Sequence record: MG592456.1
Strand: one strand, 5' to 3'
Length of the DNA stretch: 64,000 bases
The translations under genes were made by a program, and so were the position numbers. Below, piece after piece: positions 22,378-32,710 of the stretch (positions are counted from its first letter, which is position 1; every line of letters starts with the position of its first letter). Below the pieces are notes generated by a model that saw only the letters and a list, made by a program, of their open reading frames with translations, was not told where the DNA came from and did no database searches.

Positions 22378-22773
22378 ATGAAGAAGCTTATGCTAGTTCT
22401 CTTGTTGCTTGTGCCATTTGGTGTACTTGCGAATGACGGGACTGATCGAATCAGAACGGCAGACGGAAGCATGTGCGAATCATCAGTCAACACGGGTCAA
22501 CGAGTGTATGCGGAAGTCTACAGTGGTGATGAAAATCGCGACAGTATGTATGACTACGGGTACAATAATTACAACAGCGACGAAGTCGGTGTAAAGTTTG
22601 GAGTTGAAATTGAACTTGGTCAAAAGCCTCGTGTCAACTGCAAAAGACTTTATGATCTTGAGTTGCAAGATCGTAAAATGGACTTGCTTCTGAAGCAAGC
22701 CGAATTGGAACTTAAAATGCTTTCGATTAAAGAATCAAAGCACCGTTTAGATGAACGTAAAAGGGATTTTTAA
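22378..22773 (+). CDS. Secreted protein with amphipathic beta-hairpin, Cys pair and C-terminal coiled coil
   Basis: Sec signal MKKLMLVLLLLVPFGVLA; alternating strand VGVKFGVEIEL; LELQDRKMDLLLKQAELELK. Confidence 0.6.
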   Translation: MKKLMLVLLLLVPFGVLANDGTDRIRTADGSMCESSVNTGQRVYAEVYSGDENRDSMYDYGYNNYNSDEVGVKFGVEIELGQKPRVNCKRLYDLELQDRKMDLLLKQAELELKMLSIKESKHRLDERKRDF

Positions 22774-22775
22774 AA

Positions 22776-23282
22776 ATGAAAAAACTAATATTACTTGCAG
22801 CAATGATCGCTCTACCATTTGCATCATTGGCTATGGACAGACACGGACCAGGGCATGGTGGTGGTGATGACAATCGCGTATGGAAATCAGAAGGCGATAA
22901 TCATTTCGTAACTACACAGAAAGGTGTATGTGGGATTCGAGTAATCGATGACACCGCAGATCTTGCTGTTAGCTTAACGGATACCCCCACCATCACTGAT
23001 TACACAGATAACGATGTACTGAACAACAAGTCTGACTACACTGTCATTGATATGGAATACGACTTTGACGACTCTGAGGGCTTGTTTGAAGCGGCTCAAG
23101 TGCAACTTGAAGTGATCGTTGACGGTAGAACTGAACTTCTCCCAGTGGGTGCAACGACATACACAATGACGATGGACAAAAACTTGCAATCGTTTGCTGT
23201 TGGTATGCGTGTTCTCAACGGTACGTTGTTAGAGCAAGGTGATCATAAAGTCACCATCACGTACGATATTGAATGTGAATAA
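22776..23282 (+). CDS. Secreted fimbrial/pilin-like Ig-fold protein
   Basis: Sec signal MKKLILLAAMIALPFASLA; two Cys (near N-terminus and penultimate); C-terminal GDHKVTITYDIEC strand. Confidence 0.55.
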   Translation: MKKLILLAAMIALPFASLAMDRHGPGHGGGDDNRVWKSEGDNHFVTTQKGVCGIRVIDDTADLAVSLTDTPTITDYTDNDVLNNKSDYTVIDMEYDFDDSEGLFEAAQVQLEVIVDGRTELLPVGATTYTMTMDKNLQSFAVGMRVLNGTLLEQGDHKVTITYDIECE

Positions 23283-23294
23283 ACATCAATGATG

Positions 23295-23323
23295 AAAAAG
23301 CTGACTTCGGTCAGCTTTTTTTT
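23295..23323 (+). terminator. Intrinsic terminator
   Basis: AAGCTGAC-TTCG-GTCAGCTT followed by a T-run. Confidence 0.9.
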
Positions 23324-23345
23324 GGCTTAAATTTGCAGAAACCGG

Positions 23346-23418
23346 TTTACAACAGTTTAAAACTCTCGTACTATGTGTCTATCGAAAACGAATACACTTT
23401 ACAAGAGAGTAAAATATG
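23346..23418 (+). promoter_or_regulatory. Early promoter/leader module copy 10 (variant)
   Basis: TTTACA-17-TACTAT then GTGTCTATCGAAAAC. Confidence 0.8.
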
Positions 23419-26400
23419 AAATTAGCAGCATCAGTAGTATCAATGAAAAACGCAATCGACATGATTACATCACAGCCGGGCTTCCAAACTTGGTACGATG
23501 GTATCTGTGAACAGTCAAAAGAAAAATGCTCTGATCCAAATAACCCATGGACTTGTATTCGATGGGCTATCTGGCACGCGCTTCCTCAAGACACCCGTCG
23601 ATTTATCTTACTTGAATCGGATACTACGTTCGTCGGTGGTTACGCGACTGACGTAAACGACAAGCACATTAATACATTACTTGTTAAAGTATTGCCAGTC
23701 ACTCGATTGGTCAAGTTCATGACTCATAAAATCAAACCAAGAGAGAATGTCTAATGTTAACTAATAAAGTCAAAGCAATTTCAATTTACCGCATCGGCGG
23801 CGATGCTTGGTCGAATTTTAACGCTGAAAAATACCCAGAAGAAATCACGTTCACGATATACCAGACTGCCAACGTGCCGCATATTGAAGTATTATGTGAT
23901 GGGTTTACCATCGGGTACTTCCCGCTGTCAGGGTTTGGGATGAGAGTTGAATACTATGAAGACGAAAAATAACGTATGTTGTCGATATGAAAGAATCAGT
24001 CATGTGGATTTTCAGAAAATTTAAGGTTAAATCATGAATAGAACATGGCTATTAATTCGAATATTGTTAATCTCTCTTGTGTGTGTCATGGCGCCTTATG
24101 CGTATGCAAATGCAGGTGGTGCAGGACTATTGGGACCAATCATGGCGCTAGTCGGATTCTCAACATCAATATTTGCTGACGTAACAGAACTAATGGAGAA
24201 GTTAGATGGAAAAGGTTAAGATAAGCGCTCTAGTTGGGATGATGTCGATGGTTGGAATCAACGGTCAATTCCCGTTCACAAGTGGCAATTATTGCAGCAA
24301 CGTTCACGATGTGTATTTCTCAAACATATGGGCTGAGAATCTAATGCACTTAACCTCGACGGGTGTTATTGACGATGGTTTGATCGAAGTACTGTTATTC
24401 ACCGAGAAAGGGGGCGATTACGCATACGTTATCGACGAGCGTGTCCCTAAAGAAGCGATTCACGAGCCATATTTCTGTGGCATCGCTCAGTCAACGCAAA
24501 TCTTGCGATATCATTACGGTCTACCGGAAGATGAATGCGTATGTGAACATGGATTTGCTCAAGGTGGATCATTTGATCATAAAACTCGATGGGTCACTAA
24601 ACGATGCGGTGAGTGTGGTCAACATATCACGTCAAAGTGGGCTGCAAAAGGTGTATTTCATGCAAACGTGAGAACTCATATAGATGGGTTCAGTAACTCA
24701 TACACCATGTGGAAGATAGTGCGCGTTATTGATAATGTGTTCACTGACGTCATGACAGATGAAGTTATCGAACATAGTGATATTGTCAGCATTGTACAAA
24801 TTGAAATATCGTCGATTCCACGTCTCGAAGAACAGAGAAGCGCGATCTCGATTGAGAATTTCACCTACGTGGGTGAAGTCAAACGCAATATGCCGGATGA
24901 AAGACCTATCATGCACGAAGATTATCTGCGCTCAATTGCAACTATAGGCTAAGGAACAGAAAATGTCACGAAACGAATGGATAACTAGTCAAGCTAGATG
25001 AATCGTTGCGTGTCTTGCTTGAAGCATTCGACTACGGCGAATAACGATAAGAGGTGATATTGTGTTCAAATTGAAATGTGATATTTGCGGAGTACCTGAC
25101 TCAGAAAGTAACCCCGTCGGGTCAGATGGGGTGGGGCTGATGATGTGTACGCATTGCTCTGAGCCAAAGTCGGAACAATCAAACGAAGAATTCGATGGAT
25201 TCGACGACGCGATTTAAAATAAGGGTTGCTATATGCAGCCCTTTTCTGTATTCTGAATATATCAAACTAACAAGCGGGAAAAATATGTTTACTTTACCAC
25301 CAGTTCACTACTTGTATGGCGACCCAGAACGCGAAACTGATATGCGCGTCTTTGAAAAGTGCATTGACAACTGCAATGGCACAGGCATTAGCATATGGGA
25401 ATGTGTATACAATCAATACATTCTTGAAGCACTACATCCCGGCACCGACCCCGATTTGCATTTTGAGGTGCTGCCTGAAATTGAGTCTACGATTACAACA
25501 CACAGCAACAGCGACACTATTGTGATTATTACTCGTGACAGCTTCGAGGTGATGTTTTCAGGGCGTGCAAGCGAACAAACAATGTTCGACCTGTTTGAAC
25601 TTATCAAAAATTATGCGGAACAATGGGGTAAAGATCGAGTGTCTTACGTCGAACAACGCTACTCAATCAAGTGGAATTCGCATCAGCAAACGTATGTATT
25701 GCACACGATTGCCAAAGACCGAGATTGGAGATACTAATGAGAGAATGGATAATCAATTTGCTGGGTGGTATTACCAAAGAGCATCGCAATTATTTGTTAC
25801 TGCGTGCAGCTAGTGAGTGGGAGATTGTCAAATATAACAATCTTAGCTACGATGTTGATGCATTGTATTTACTTGAAAGCGGCAAAATCGTCACTGCTCG
25901 AATGATATATCTCGGCCATCACGGACAGATGTTTGTGTTAAATGGGACAATAACTCATTTAATGTCTATTGAAGACAAACCTATTTTTTATAAGTTGATT
26001 GAATCATGAATTTTGAAAAACGATACGCTGAATTGATTAATTCAATTGACGGCGATGACGAAAATATTTTAAGCTTTGAAACGTTCGACAATAGTTGGCG
26101 AGTTGAAGCAGTGAATGGTACAGTATGTCCGTTAGGTGAAGTTAGCGGCGCAATTAATGTATCAGCACCAACATTAGACGAGCTGCTTGTTAAATTAGAA
26201 GCAGCAATCCGCGAATACAACTCTATTGATAGGAGTGTCTAATGCACGAACTAATTATGTATTTTTTTATACTTTGTGGCGCAGCGATTTTACTGATATT
26301 CTTTCATGGCGTGTGGCCGAAGCATTGCTCTCACGATTGGATAGTCGTTACTGATGAAACTACGAAATCACAATGCGAACACTACGCAAGCATAACGGGT

Positions 26401-27640
26401 AAAACCCCGTCACCTAAGAACCCCCATCAACTTCGAGAAATTACTGCACGCAAACGAATTGTAATTTTGAAATGTAATAAATGTGGCAAGTTAAACAAAA
26501 CAATAACGGAGATATAAAATGAGCGCAGTTCAACCAGCAATTGATGTCGTCACTAAGATACTAGATGAAAAAAAAGAAGCACAGTTCGGTTGGGTTTCTT
26601 CATTAGCGGGCAACTATTCGCAAGAAGAAATTCAAAGCCGCAAGAATATTATTGCAAACCTTGCAATTGAAATCGTGTCACTTGAACGTTTACTTGACGT
26701 GTCTGAAGCAGTGCGTGGTCTTGGTATTAAAGAACTGCGCATGGTAATTAACGAGCATTACAAAAACAGATACAAACTTGACGAAAATGACGAGTGGGTG
26801 GAAAACAAATGAAAATAATCTCAATTGAAATTAACAATTTATCGACTGGTCAACATTGCAGTCAGCCCATTCAACAAGGATGCTTGAATCTGGTCGTCGA
26901 CTCAATGCCGCGAGAGCCTGAATATCGACGTTATGGCAATGTATTAGTATCGAATACGGATGGAGTGTGGAGGCATTACACCATCAAACCGGGAACAACG
27001 GATGGATTTGCGGGGCGTGAAATTCAACTTAGGATTCTAGGTGAAGGAAAAGTTTTTAAGAACAAAGGATATACACTTCAAACATTCAAAGGTAACTTGT
27101 GGGATACGGGTATAGGCATAGCAAAGTGCGAAGAACTAGCGGGCGGTCAGCTCGTTTCAATAGCAATTAGGAGTTGTAGATCGCGATATAATTGCTATAT
27201 TGGTGGGTATCTATTCTCACGTGATGAAGTCGAGTTGAAATTATCTCACTTGATCAATTTCCGAAGCCCAACGATGAATAAGTTAATTGAACTCGGGGGT
27301 GAACATGTTTGATTTCTTAAAGAAAAGTGTGTGGGTTATTGTTGGCGCTAGCCAACCAAAAATGATTTGGACTCTGAGAATAGAACGTCCGCAAGTGCTA
27401 GCGCGTGTGTTATTGCTAGAAGATCAGTTCGGTAAGCGTGATTACAGACTCGAATTGCTTGACGAAAGCAATGCACGATTTACATCATCAGCACGCTTCT
27501 GTATGATCGACCAATTCTTGCCAAAAAACTACATGCACAAGTATGTGGGACAGATGTTTGAAGGTGAGCCGTGGTCGATTGACAAGATTCATGAAGTTCA
27601 TGGTGAGATAGTATTCCAAACTGAGAACATTACACAATAG
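23416..27640 (+). CDS. Run of hypothetical ORFs: 23416-23754, 23754-23972, 24034-24219, 24206-24952, 25062-25217 (CxxC-CxxC, not in track), 25285-25737, 25737-26009, 26006-26242, 26242-26517 (TM + Zn-ribbon), 26519-26812, 26809-27312, 27305-27640
   Basis: Tight tiling; starts adjusted to RBS. Confidence 0.65.
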
Positions 27641-27660
27641 AGCCTACGGGCTCTTTTTTT
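27639..27660 (+). terminator. Intrinsic terminator
   Basis: GAGCC-tacg-GGCTC followed by T7. Confidence 0.85.
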
Positions 27661-27679
27661 GGGTATTCGAAAATAAAGC

Positions 27680-27751
27680 TTTACAGATGTTTAAAACTCG
27701 ATTAATATGTGTCTATCGAAACACGAATTGAAATAACAGGATTAGCAAATG
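27680..27751 (+). promoter_or_regulatory. Early promoter/leader module copy 11 (variant)
   Basis: TTTACA-17-TAATAT then GTGTCTATCGAAAC. Confidence 0.8.
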
Positions 27752-28129
27752 TCAGTTATAGATTGGGATCATTTCAACCATGAACCACATATTATGGACG
27801 AAACCGTAGTGGAGATGTGTGATATTCTTGAAAATAGAATTAACGAGTATGACATCAACGTGCATACTATCGATTTTAACAACGGCATTTCCTTGTGGAA
27901 GATGGACATGAGAGAAGTGTTTCACAGCCGCGATGGTCTTCAAAAAGTGTTTTCTGATCATCATTCTAGACAGTTGCAAGCTGCATTCAAAAAAGGCGAA
28001 GTGAAAAAGGCCTCCCTTACACAACAATCCGTGATTAATAAGTTCGAAGTACCGCCTTCACCGCCTTCACCACCGCCGAAGAAACAAATTACTGAAAATA
28101 AAAACCCTTTCTGGAAATTTTGGAGTTAA
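27749..28129 (+). CDS. Early hypothetical protein with Pro-rich C-terminus
   Basis: PPSPPSPPPKK. Confidence 0.7.
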   Translation: MSVIDWDHFNHEPHIMDETVVEMCDILENRINEYDINVHTIDFNNGISLWKMDMREVFHSRDGLQKVFSDHHSRQLQAAFKKGEVKKASLTQQSVINKFEVPPSPPSPPPKKQITENKNPFWKFWS

Positions 28130-28131
28130 AA

Positions 28132-28461
28132 ATGATAAGTCTATGGATTATACTTGCGTTGTTGGTAACGCATTTCATTGCTGATTTCTTCATACAGACT
28201 GAACATCAAGCATTGAACAAAAGCAAGAATTTGGAGCCGTTAGCAAGACACTGTGCAACATATGCGATTTGTTTCTTGCCATTCGGTTTCACATTTGCAG
28301 TCATCACAGGATTGTTGCACGGATTGGTTGATTACAACACATCAAGAATGGCTGGCAAGTATTGGCAAGCTGGCGAAAGCAGAAAGTTCTTCCAAGTTAT
28401 TGGGTTCGATCAGCTACTGCATGGCGTTTGTTTAGTATCACTGTATTTCATATTAGCGTAA
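28132..28461 (+). CDS. DUF3307-family membrane protein
   Basis: HFIADFFIQT...KSK...H...HGLVD...IGFDQLLH. Confidence 0.8.
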   Translation: MISLWIILALLVTHFIADFFIQTEHQALNKSKNLEPLARHCATYAICFLPFGFTFAVITGLLHGLVDYNTSRMAGKYWQAGESRKFFQVIGFDQLLHGVCLVSLYFILA

Positions 28462-28544
28462 CGGGATAATCCGAGGCGGAAAAATTCCGTCTCATCTTAG
28501 TGAAATTAGTGATTTTAGTGTTATTAGAAATATTAGAGAAATAT

Positions 28545-29168
28545 ATGAAAAAAATATTATGTGCTATCGTTGCTGTGCTGTCATTGAGTGCATGTGATCC
28601 AACGACAATTGAGACCACCGACAATATGAAAGTACTTGCTATTAGAGATACGCTGAATGCAACTGAAAAAAAGATGTTGAATCGTTTTATTGTCGAGACG
28701 TCAACACCCGCGCATTATAATGAGCTGTATAGCGCTCTAGCTAGACGTAATATATACGGGAATGATTCGACAAATATTCGCCCTGATTCTGAGTTGCCAT
28801 TCTGCGACGTAATCGAAGAGCTTCTTATTTCAGAGGAAGGATTACGTTCTACATACGCTCACACGCTCACAAATCAATGGAGAGAGCAATACGGGTATAC
28901 CCTTGCTCAATCGTGTGATTATACCCCGAACGTCTCGGAGAAGCTCACTGACGAGGTCACAGAGCCATCAGACACGAACGTTGAGTTGCTAGCGCCAGAA
29001 GAGTATGACAAACTTATTGCCGCAGCGTCGAATTGCGAACGTGCTAAATTGAAGTTAATTGAACTGACGTCTAGCGGAAGGCCGCTAACTGTTCAAGATG
29101 GTAACGATACAACACGTCTTGTTATTGGCTGCAAGATGTACTTACTAGAACGCGAACTACAGAAGTAG
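28545..29168 (+). CDS. Lipoprotein, paralog of 39826-40554
   Basis: Lipobox LSAC; shared PFCDV...L.NQW...YG.TL...C and C.RAK.KL...G.PLT...C.M.LLE.E. Confidence 0.8.
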   Translation: MKKILCAIVAVLSLSACDPTTIETTDNMKVLAIRDTLNATEKKMLNRFIVETSTPAHYNELYSALARRNIYGNDSTNIRPDSELPFCDVIEELLISEEGLRSTYAHTLTNQWREQYGYTLAQSCDYTPNVSEKLTDEVTEPSDTNVELLAPEEYDKLIAAASNCERAKLKLIELTSSGRPLTVQDGNDTTRLVIGCKMYLLERELQK

Positions 29169-29403
29169 TTGTTTGTGTTAGAAAAGTTAATGCGTTATTA
29201 TGCAGAAGTTATATAAAAAGTTAAAAACTTAGATAAAAAGTATATAGTATTTAATAGGTTGTTAAACGAAACGCTACTTTTTGAGCAGTTGACGCACATT
29301 TCACCCTCAAGTGCGTATTTTTACCAAAAATGTGCAGTAGATCACACGTTTTTGCCCGAGTTTTCGATAAATATCGTTTTTGAGACTCACAAGGCAAATA
29401 CAT

Positions 29404-29982
29404 ATGGCATTACCCGGATCAGGCGTCCCTATGACCGCTGCATTAATAAACGTGGAGCTGGGCCGCGATGCTTCAGCGGCATTCAATTTGAACGGTGCTG
29501 AAGAAAGAGCACTAGCAGGAATACCTAGCGGTGCTATCTCGTTGAATGATTTCTACAACAAAAGTTCAAATGTACCAATTCGATCAGGTACGTGCGGGAT
29601 CAATCACTATCAATATCTTTTGTGTATATTCCGCACTGACGGCACAGTTGATTATGATGATGACGAGCATATGCCTCAAACAAATTATTGGATGGGTACT
29701 GCTGCAAATGGTGCTCGTGGTACTTGGGATCAAGCGTTCAAACCGTTGAAAATTCGATTGACGCTCAGAAATTTAAACCACACTACCGTATGGCCTCAGA
29801 TATTGGATGGGAACGGTACTACAACTATGACGACTAGTTCAGGGTGGCATACATTATCATCAGTTGATTCAACTACGGCATGGAGAATTCAAATTCCGGC
29901 CACAAACTTCTCAGGTCGCACTGAATGGGAACTAACGGATGGTGATGGGAATCTCCTGGACATTATAACTCAGACTTATTAA
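29404..29982 (+). CDS. Putative tail-fibre adhesin A (conserved N-terminal anchor + variable C-terminus)
   Basis: MALP.SG..TAA.IN.ELGR...A.F.LNG.EER.LA...SG.IS..DFY.KS shared with 30068 and 33349; GATAAATA at 29366-29373. Confidence 0.6.
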   Translation: MALPGSGVPMTAALINVELGRDASAAFNLNGAEERALAGIPSGAISLNDFYNKSSNVPIRSGTCGINHYQYLLCIFRTDGTVDYDDDEHMPQTNYWMGTAANGARGTWDQAFKPLKIRLTLRNLNHTTVWPQILDGNGTTTMTTSSGWHTLSSVDSTTAWRIQIPATNFSGRTEWELTDGDGNLLDIITQTY

Positions 29983-29987
29983 ACACT

Positions 29988-29995
29988 TATAAATA
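29988..29995 (+). promoter_or_regulatory. T4-type late promoter
   Basis: Exact TATAAATA upstream of 30068. Confidence 0.8.
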
Positions 29996-30067
29996 TCAGC
30001 AAGACGCCGATAGTTTTCGGTAGTAATTTATGTGTTCACGTGAACACCTTAGGAAAAGGATATCCTA

Positions 30068-31306
30068 ATGGCATTACCAATTTCCGGTTTAATAACCGCA
30101 GCTATGATAAATGACGAACTCGGCAGAGCGCAGACCGCCCCTTTTAGTCTGAACGGGGCTGAAGAAAGAGCACTAGCAGGAATACCTAGCGGTGCTATCT
30201 CATTTGCAGATTTCTATGGCAAAAGTAATCTCCCGGATCTGGGATATTTATTTGGATATCGAGATCCAAATTACTCAGAGACGCTACCCGCTCAGAGCAC
30301 TAACATAGGTGATTCATTTAACCATGCATGTATGTCAGAAGATGGTCAGTATTTGCTAGTGGCTGATCGCACCAACAAAAATATTCGATTGAGTGTCCGT
30401 AGTGGCAATACTTGGTCCGTCGTTCAAACTATAACCGATGCTGCATTGGGATATGGTAAAGTTGTGGTATGTGATCGTACAATGACGAATATATGCGTGG
30501 GTTTATATACGGGTGCGGTGACGTCAGCCGATGAATTGAGATTTTACACTCGAAGTGGAAATGCTCTAACGGCGCGAACTACAATCATCCAATCTCCATT
30601 AACGTATCAAGTAGGTAGATCGCTGGCGATGGATCCCGATACGGGTGATGTGGTATCATTTGCTAATGTCGCAGTGGTTTATTATGAACGAAGTGGAACA
30701 TCTTGGTCGCAAAAACAAGTGTTGCGCACCGCGTCGATTGGATTGAACAACGGGGCGATTCGAGGCGATTGGATAGTTACAGGTCATACTTCAGGCCCAG
30801 CACGCATTTATTTGTATAATAGAGCAGGCTCTGGCTCCAACTTCTCTCTTCACAGTACGTTGTACACATCTGCCAACTCATCCAGCCGTGGCCCCTGTGC
30901 AGCGATATCAAGCGACGCGAGTGTGGTTGCATATACGTACACGATTGGTACTGGTGATGTGAGTACATTGAAAATTCAAAGTCGAAGCGGAACAACATAC
31001 ACTGATCAATTCACATTCACGTTACCTGACAATGGACCATTCAATCCAGAACACATGGTAATGAATGAAAGTGGTAATTTCCTACTTATACATCACAATT
31101 CTGAAATTAAAGAATTCAAGAATGAAGGCGGCACATGGTCTCAAACTAAGGTGTATGATACTGCGGATGTATCACCTAACAGTGGGGTAGATGGTCTGGC
31201 GGCCACGTCAACCTGTAACTATATGATGATAGGTAATTACAACGGCATCGTTGATGGCAAACAAACTATCCGCCGTGGTGGTGTTACTATATTCGGGAAC
31301 GCTTAA
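30068..31306 (+). CDS. Putative tail-fibre adhesin B with beta-propeller-like C-terminus
   Basis: Same N-terminus; repeated RSG..W/Y...Q..T blades (FG-GAP-like). Confidence 0.6.
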   Translation: MALPISGLITAAMINDELGRAQTAPFSLNGAEERALAGIPSGAISFADFYGKSNLPDLGYLFGYRDPNYSETLPAQSTNIGDSFNHACMSEDGQYLLVADRTNKNIRLSVRSGNTWSVVQTITDAALGYGKVVVCDRTMTNICVGLYTGAVTSADELRFYTRSGNALTARTTIIQSPLTYQVGRSLAMDPDTGDVVSFANVAVVYYERSGTSWSQKQVLRTASIGLNNGAIRGDWIVTGHTSGPARIYLYNRAGSGSNFSLHSTLYTSANSSSRGPCAAISSDASVVAYTYTIGTGDVSTLKIQSRSGTTYTDQFTFTLPDNGPFNPEHMVMNESGNFLLIHHNSEIKEFKNEGGTWSQTKVYDTADVSPNSGVDGLAATSTCNYMMIGNYNGIVDGKQTIRRGGVTIFGNA

Positions 31307-31881
31307 TGAAATTGATATTATTATCAGGGGGTATGGATTCAACAACGCTGTTGCATCGTTACCCCGATTCAATCGCGCTAACATATCGATATGGACAGAT
31401 AAATGAAGCAGCCGAATTAATGGCTAGCCGTGACATCTGCAAGGAACTTAATGTCAAGCACATTATCCATGACTTGAGTTCTTTCGGAGAACTCGTTTCA
31501 AATCAGACGTCGATCATAAAAGACCAAAACCACGTCGAGACGAAATACGATTATGAAATCCCATATAAAAATTTAGTATTCATCAGTCACGCTCTAGCAG
31601 TTGCGAAGGTAAACAACTGCGACGAGATATCCCTTGGCGTACTCGGCACCGACCAATTAGACGACTGCTCCAGTGAATTTCTAGAAAGTATGAATCGAAT
31701 TTCGGGTGGTATTAAGATAACCTTTCCGTTTCATCAATTAGCAAAGCACCAAATTAGAAGGCATGGTTTTGAATTAGGGGTTGATTATAGCAAGACCGTA
31801 TCTTGCTATTATCAAACTGACTTGTTGGGTGAGCCATGCAATGAATGTTCAGCGTGTATAAATCGAAATTCGGCTATTTAG
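31306..31881 (+). CDS. queC: QueC-family PP-loop ATPase (7-cyano-7-deazaguanine synthase-like)
   Basis: LLSGGMDS, YGQ...E, IPYKNLVFIS.A, DC..EF, TVSCY....PCNECSACINR Zn site; TAATG overlap with adhesin B. Confidence 0.85.
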   Translation: MKLILLSGGMDSTTLLHRYPDSIALTYRYGQINEAAELMASRDICKELNVKHIIHDLSSFGELVSNQTSIIKDQNHVETKYDYEIPYKNLVFISHALAVAKVNNCDEISLGVLGTDQLDDCSSEFLESMNRISGGIKITFPFHQLAKHQIRRHGFELGVDYSKTVSCYYQTDLLGEPCNECSACINRNSAI

Positions 31882-31899
31882 ACTTAAAAGGAATTAACA

Positions 31900-32409
31900 A
31901 TGGAATATGAAAGACTAAGCGTTGAGTTATTCAACACATCAATCGAATTGGCAACTGAATTGTGCGAACGAGTTGAGTCGCATATTAAAGACACGATTAT
32001 ATACGACCCGTGTGCCGATTTAGGCAATATACTCGAAGCGGCTAAGTCTATGGGGTATGAAGTTAAAGGTGGTGATTGCAACCCAAGTCCACATGCGCAA
32101 GTTGAACAAAAAGACTTATTCGACATTGATACCTCTCTCGATGGGTATTCGATCATTACTATTTTCAGATGGGGTGATTTTGAGGGGACAACTGCCGAGC
32201 GCATGATTCGACATCTTGCAGCACTACAGCCCAATTTCATAATGACGACAAAATGTCCGTCTCGTCTGAAAGATATTTCAATCGACGGGTATGAGTTGGT
32301 CTTTCACAATATCATTTCCCATGATCGATACGTTCGGCTAGAGGGTGGAATTATTGACACAGGTCGTACATACAATGCATGTGGGTGGAAACGAATTGAA
32401 CCCGTTTAA
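31900..32409 (+). CDS. Class I SAM-methyltransferase-fold protein with degenerate catalytic motif
   Basis: IYDPCADLGNI (motif I), GGDCNP (II), KDLFD (III); ITIFRW where ITNPPF is expected. Confidence 0.55.
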   Translation: MEYERLSVELFNTSIELATELCERVESHIKDTIIYDPCADLGNILEAAKSMGYEVKGGDCNPSPHAQVEQKDLFDIDTSLDGYSIITIFRWGDFEGTTAERMIRHLAALQPNFIMTTKCPSRLKDISIDGYELVFHNIISHDRYVRLEGGIIDTGRTYNACGWKRIEPV

Positions 32410-32710
32410 ATGTTCAATTGGTGATGACGTATTCTATGGTACATCTGAGTTACATCATTCGGAACTCAACGCAGTTATGAATTATACTGGGGATTGTCGA
32501 GTGTTGATAACCAATGCAGAGCCGTGTCCTATGTGCATGGCTGCTATCATCTGGTCTGGGAAAATTGACACGGTGATTTATAATGTTGACATACCAACCC
32601 TAATGAATCTTGGATGGAAGCAATCATCAATACGAGCCGCTGACGTTATCAAATCATTCAATTCTGACATCGAAATTATCCAAGCCGACATCATGGAGTT
32701 TAAATTGTGA
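32375..32710 (+). CDS. Zn-dependent nucleoside deaminase (CDA/TadA/GuaD superfamily)
   Basis: HSE and NAEPCPMCMAAIIWSG.IDTVIY; start uncertain (32345 GTG or 32375 ATG). Confidence 0.85.
   Translation: MHVGGNELNPFKCSIGDDVFYGTSELHHSELNAVMNYTGDCRVLITNAEPCPMCMAAIIWSGKIDTVIYNVDIPTLMNLGWKQSSIRAADVIKSFNSDIEIIQADIMEFKL

Noticed and set aside
29169-29403. AT-rich gap as a replication origin
   Set aside because: No repeats or skew change seen; explained as the upstream region of adhesin A with a late-promoter motif
31306-31881. QatABCD or type IV CBASS defence locus
   Set aside because: No KAP ATPase, TatD, CD-NTase or effector is adjacent; the context is phage late genes
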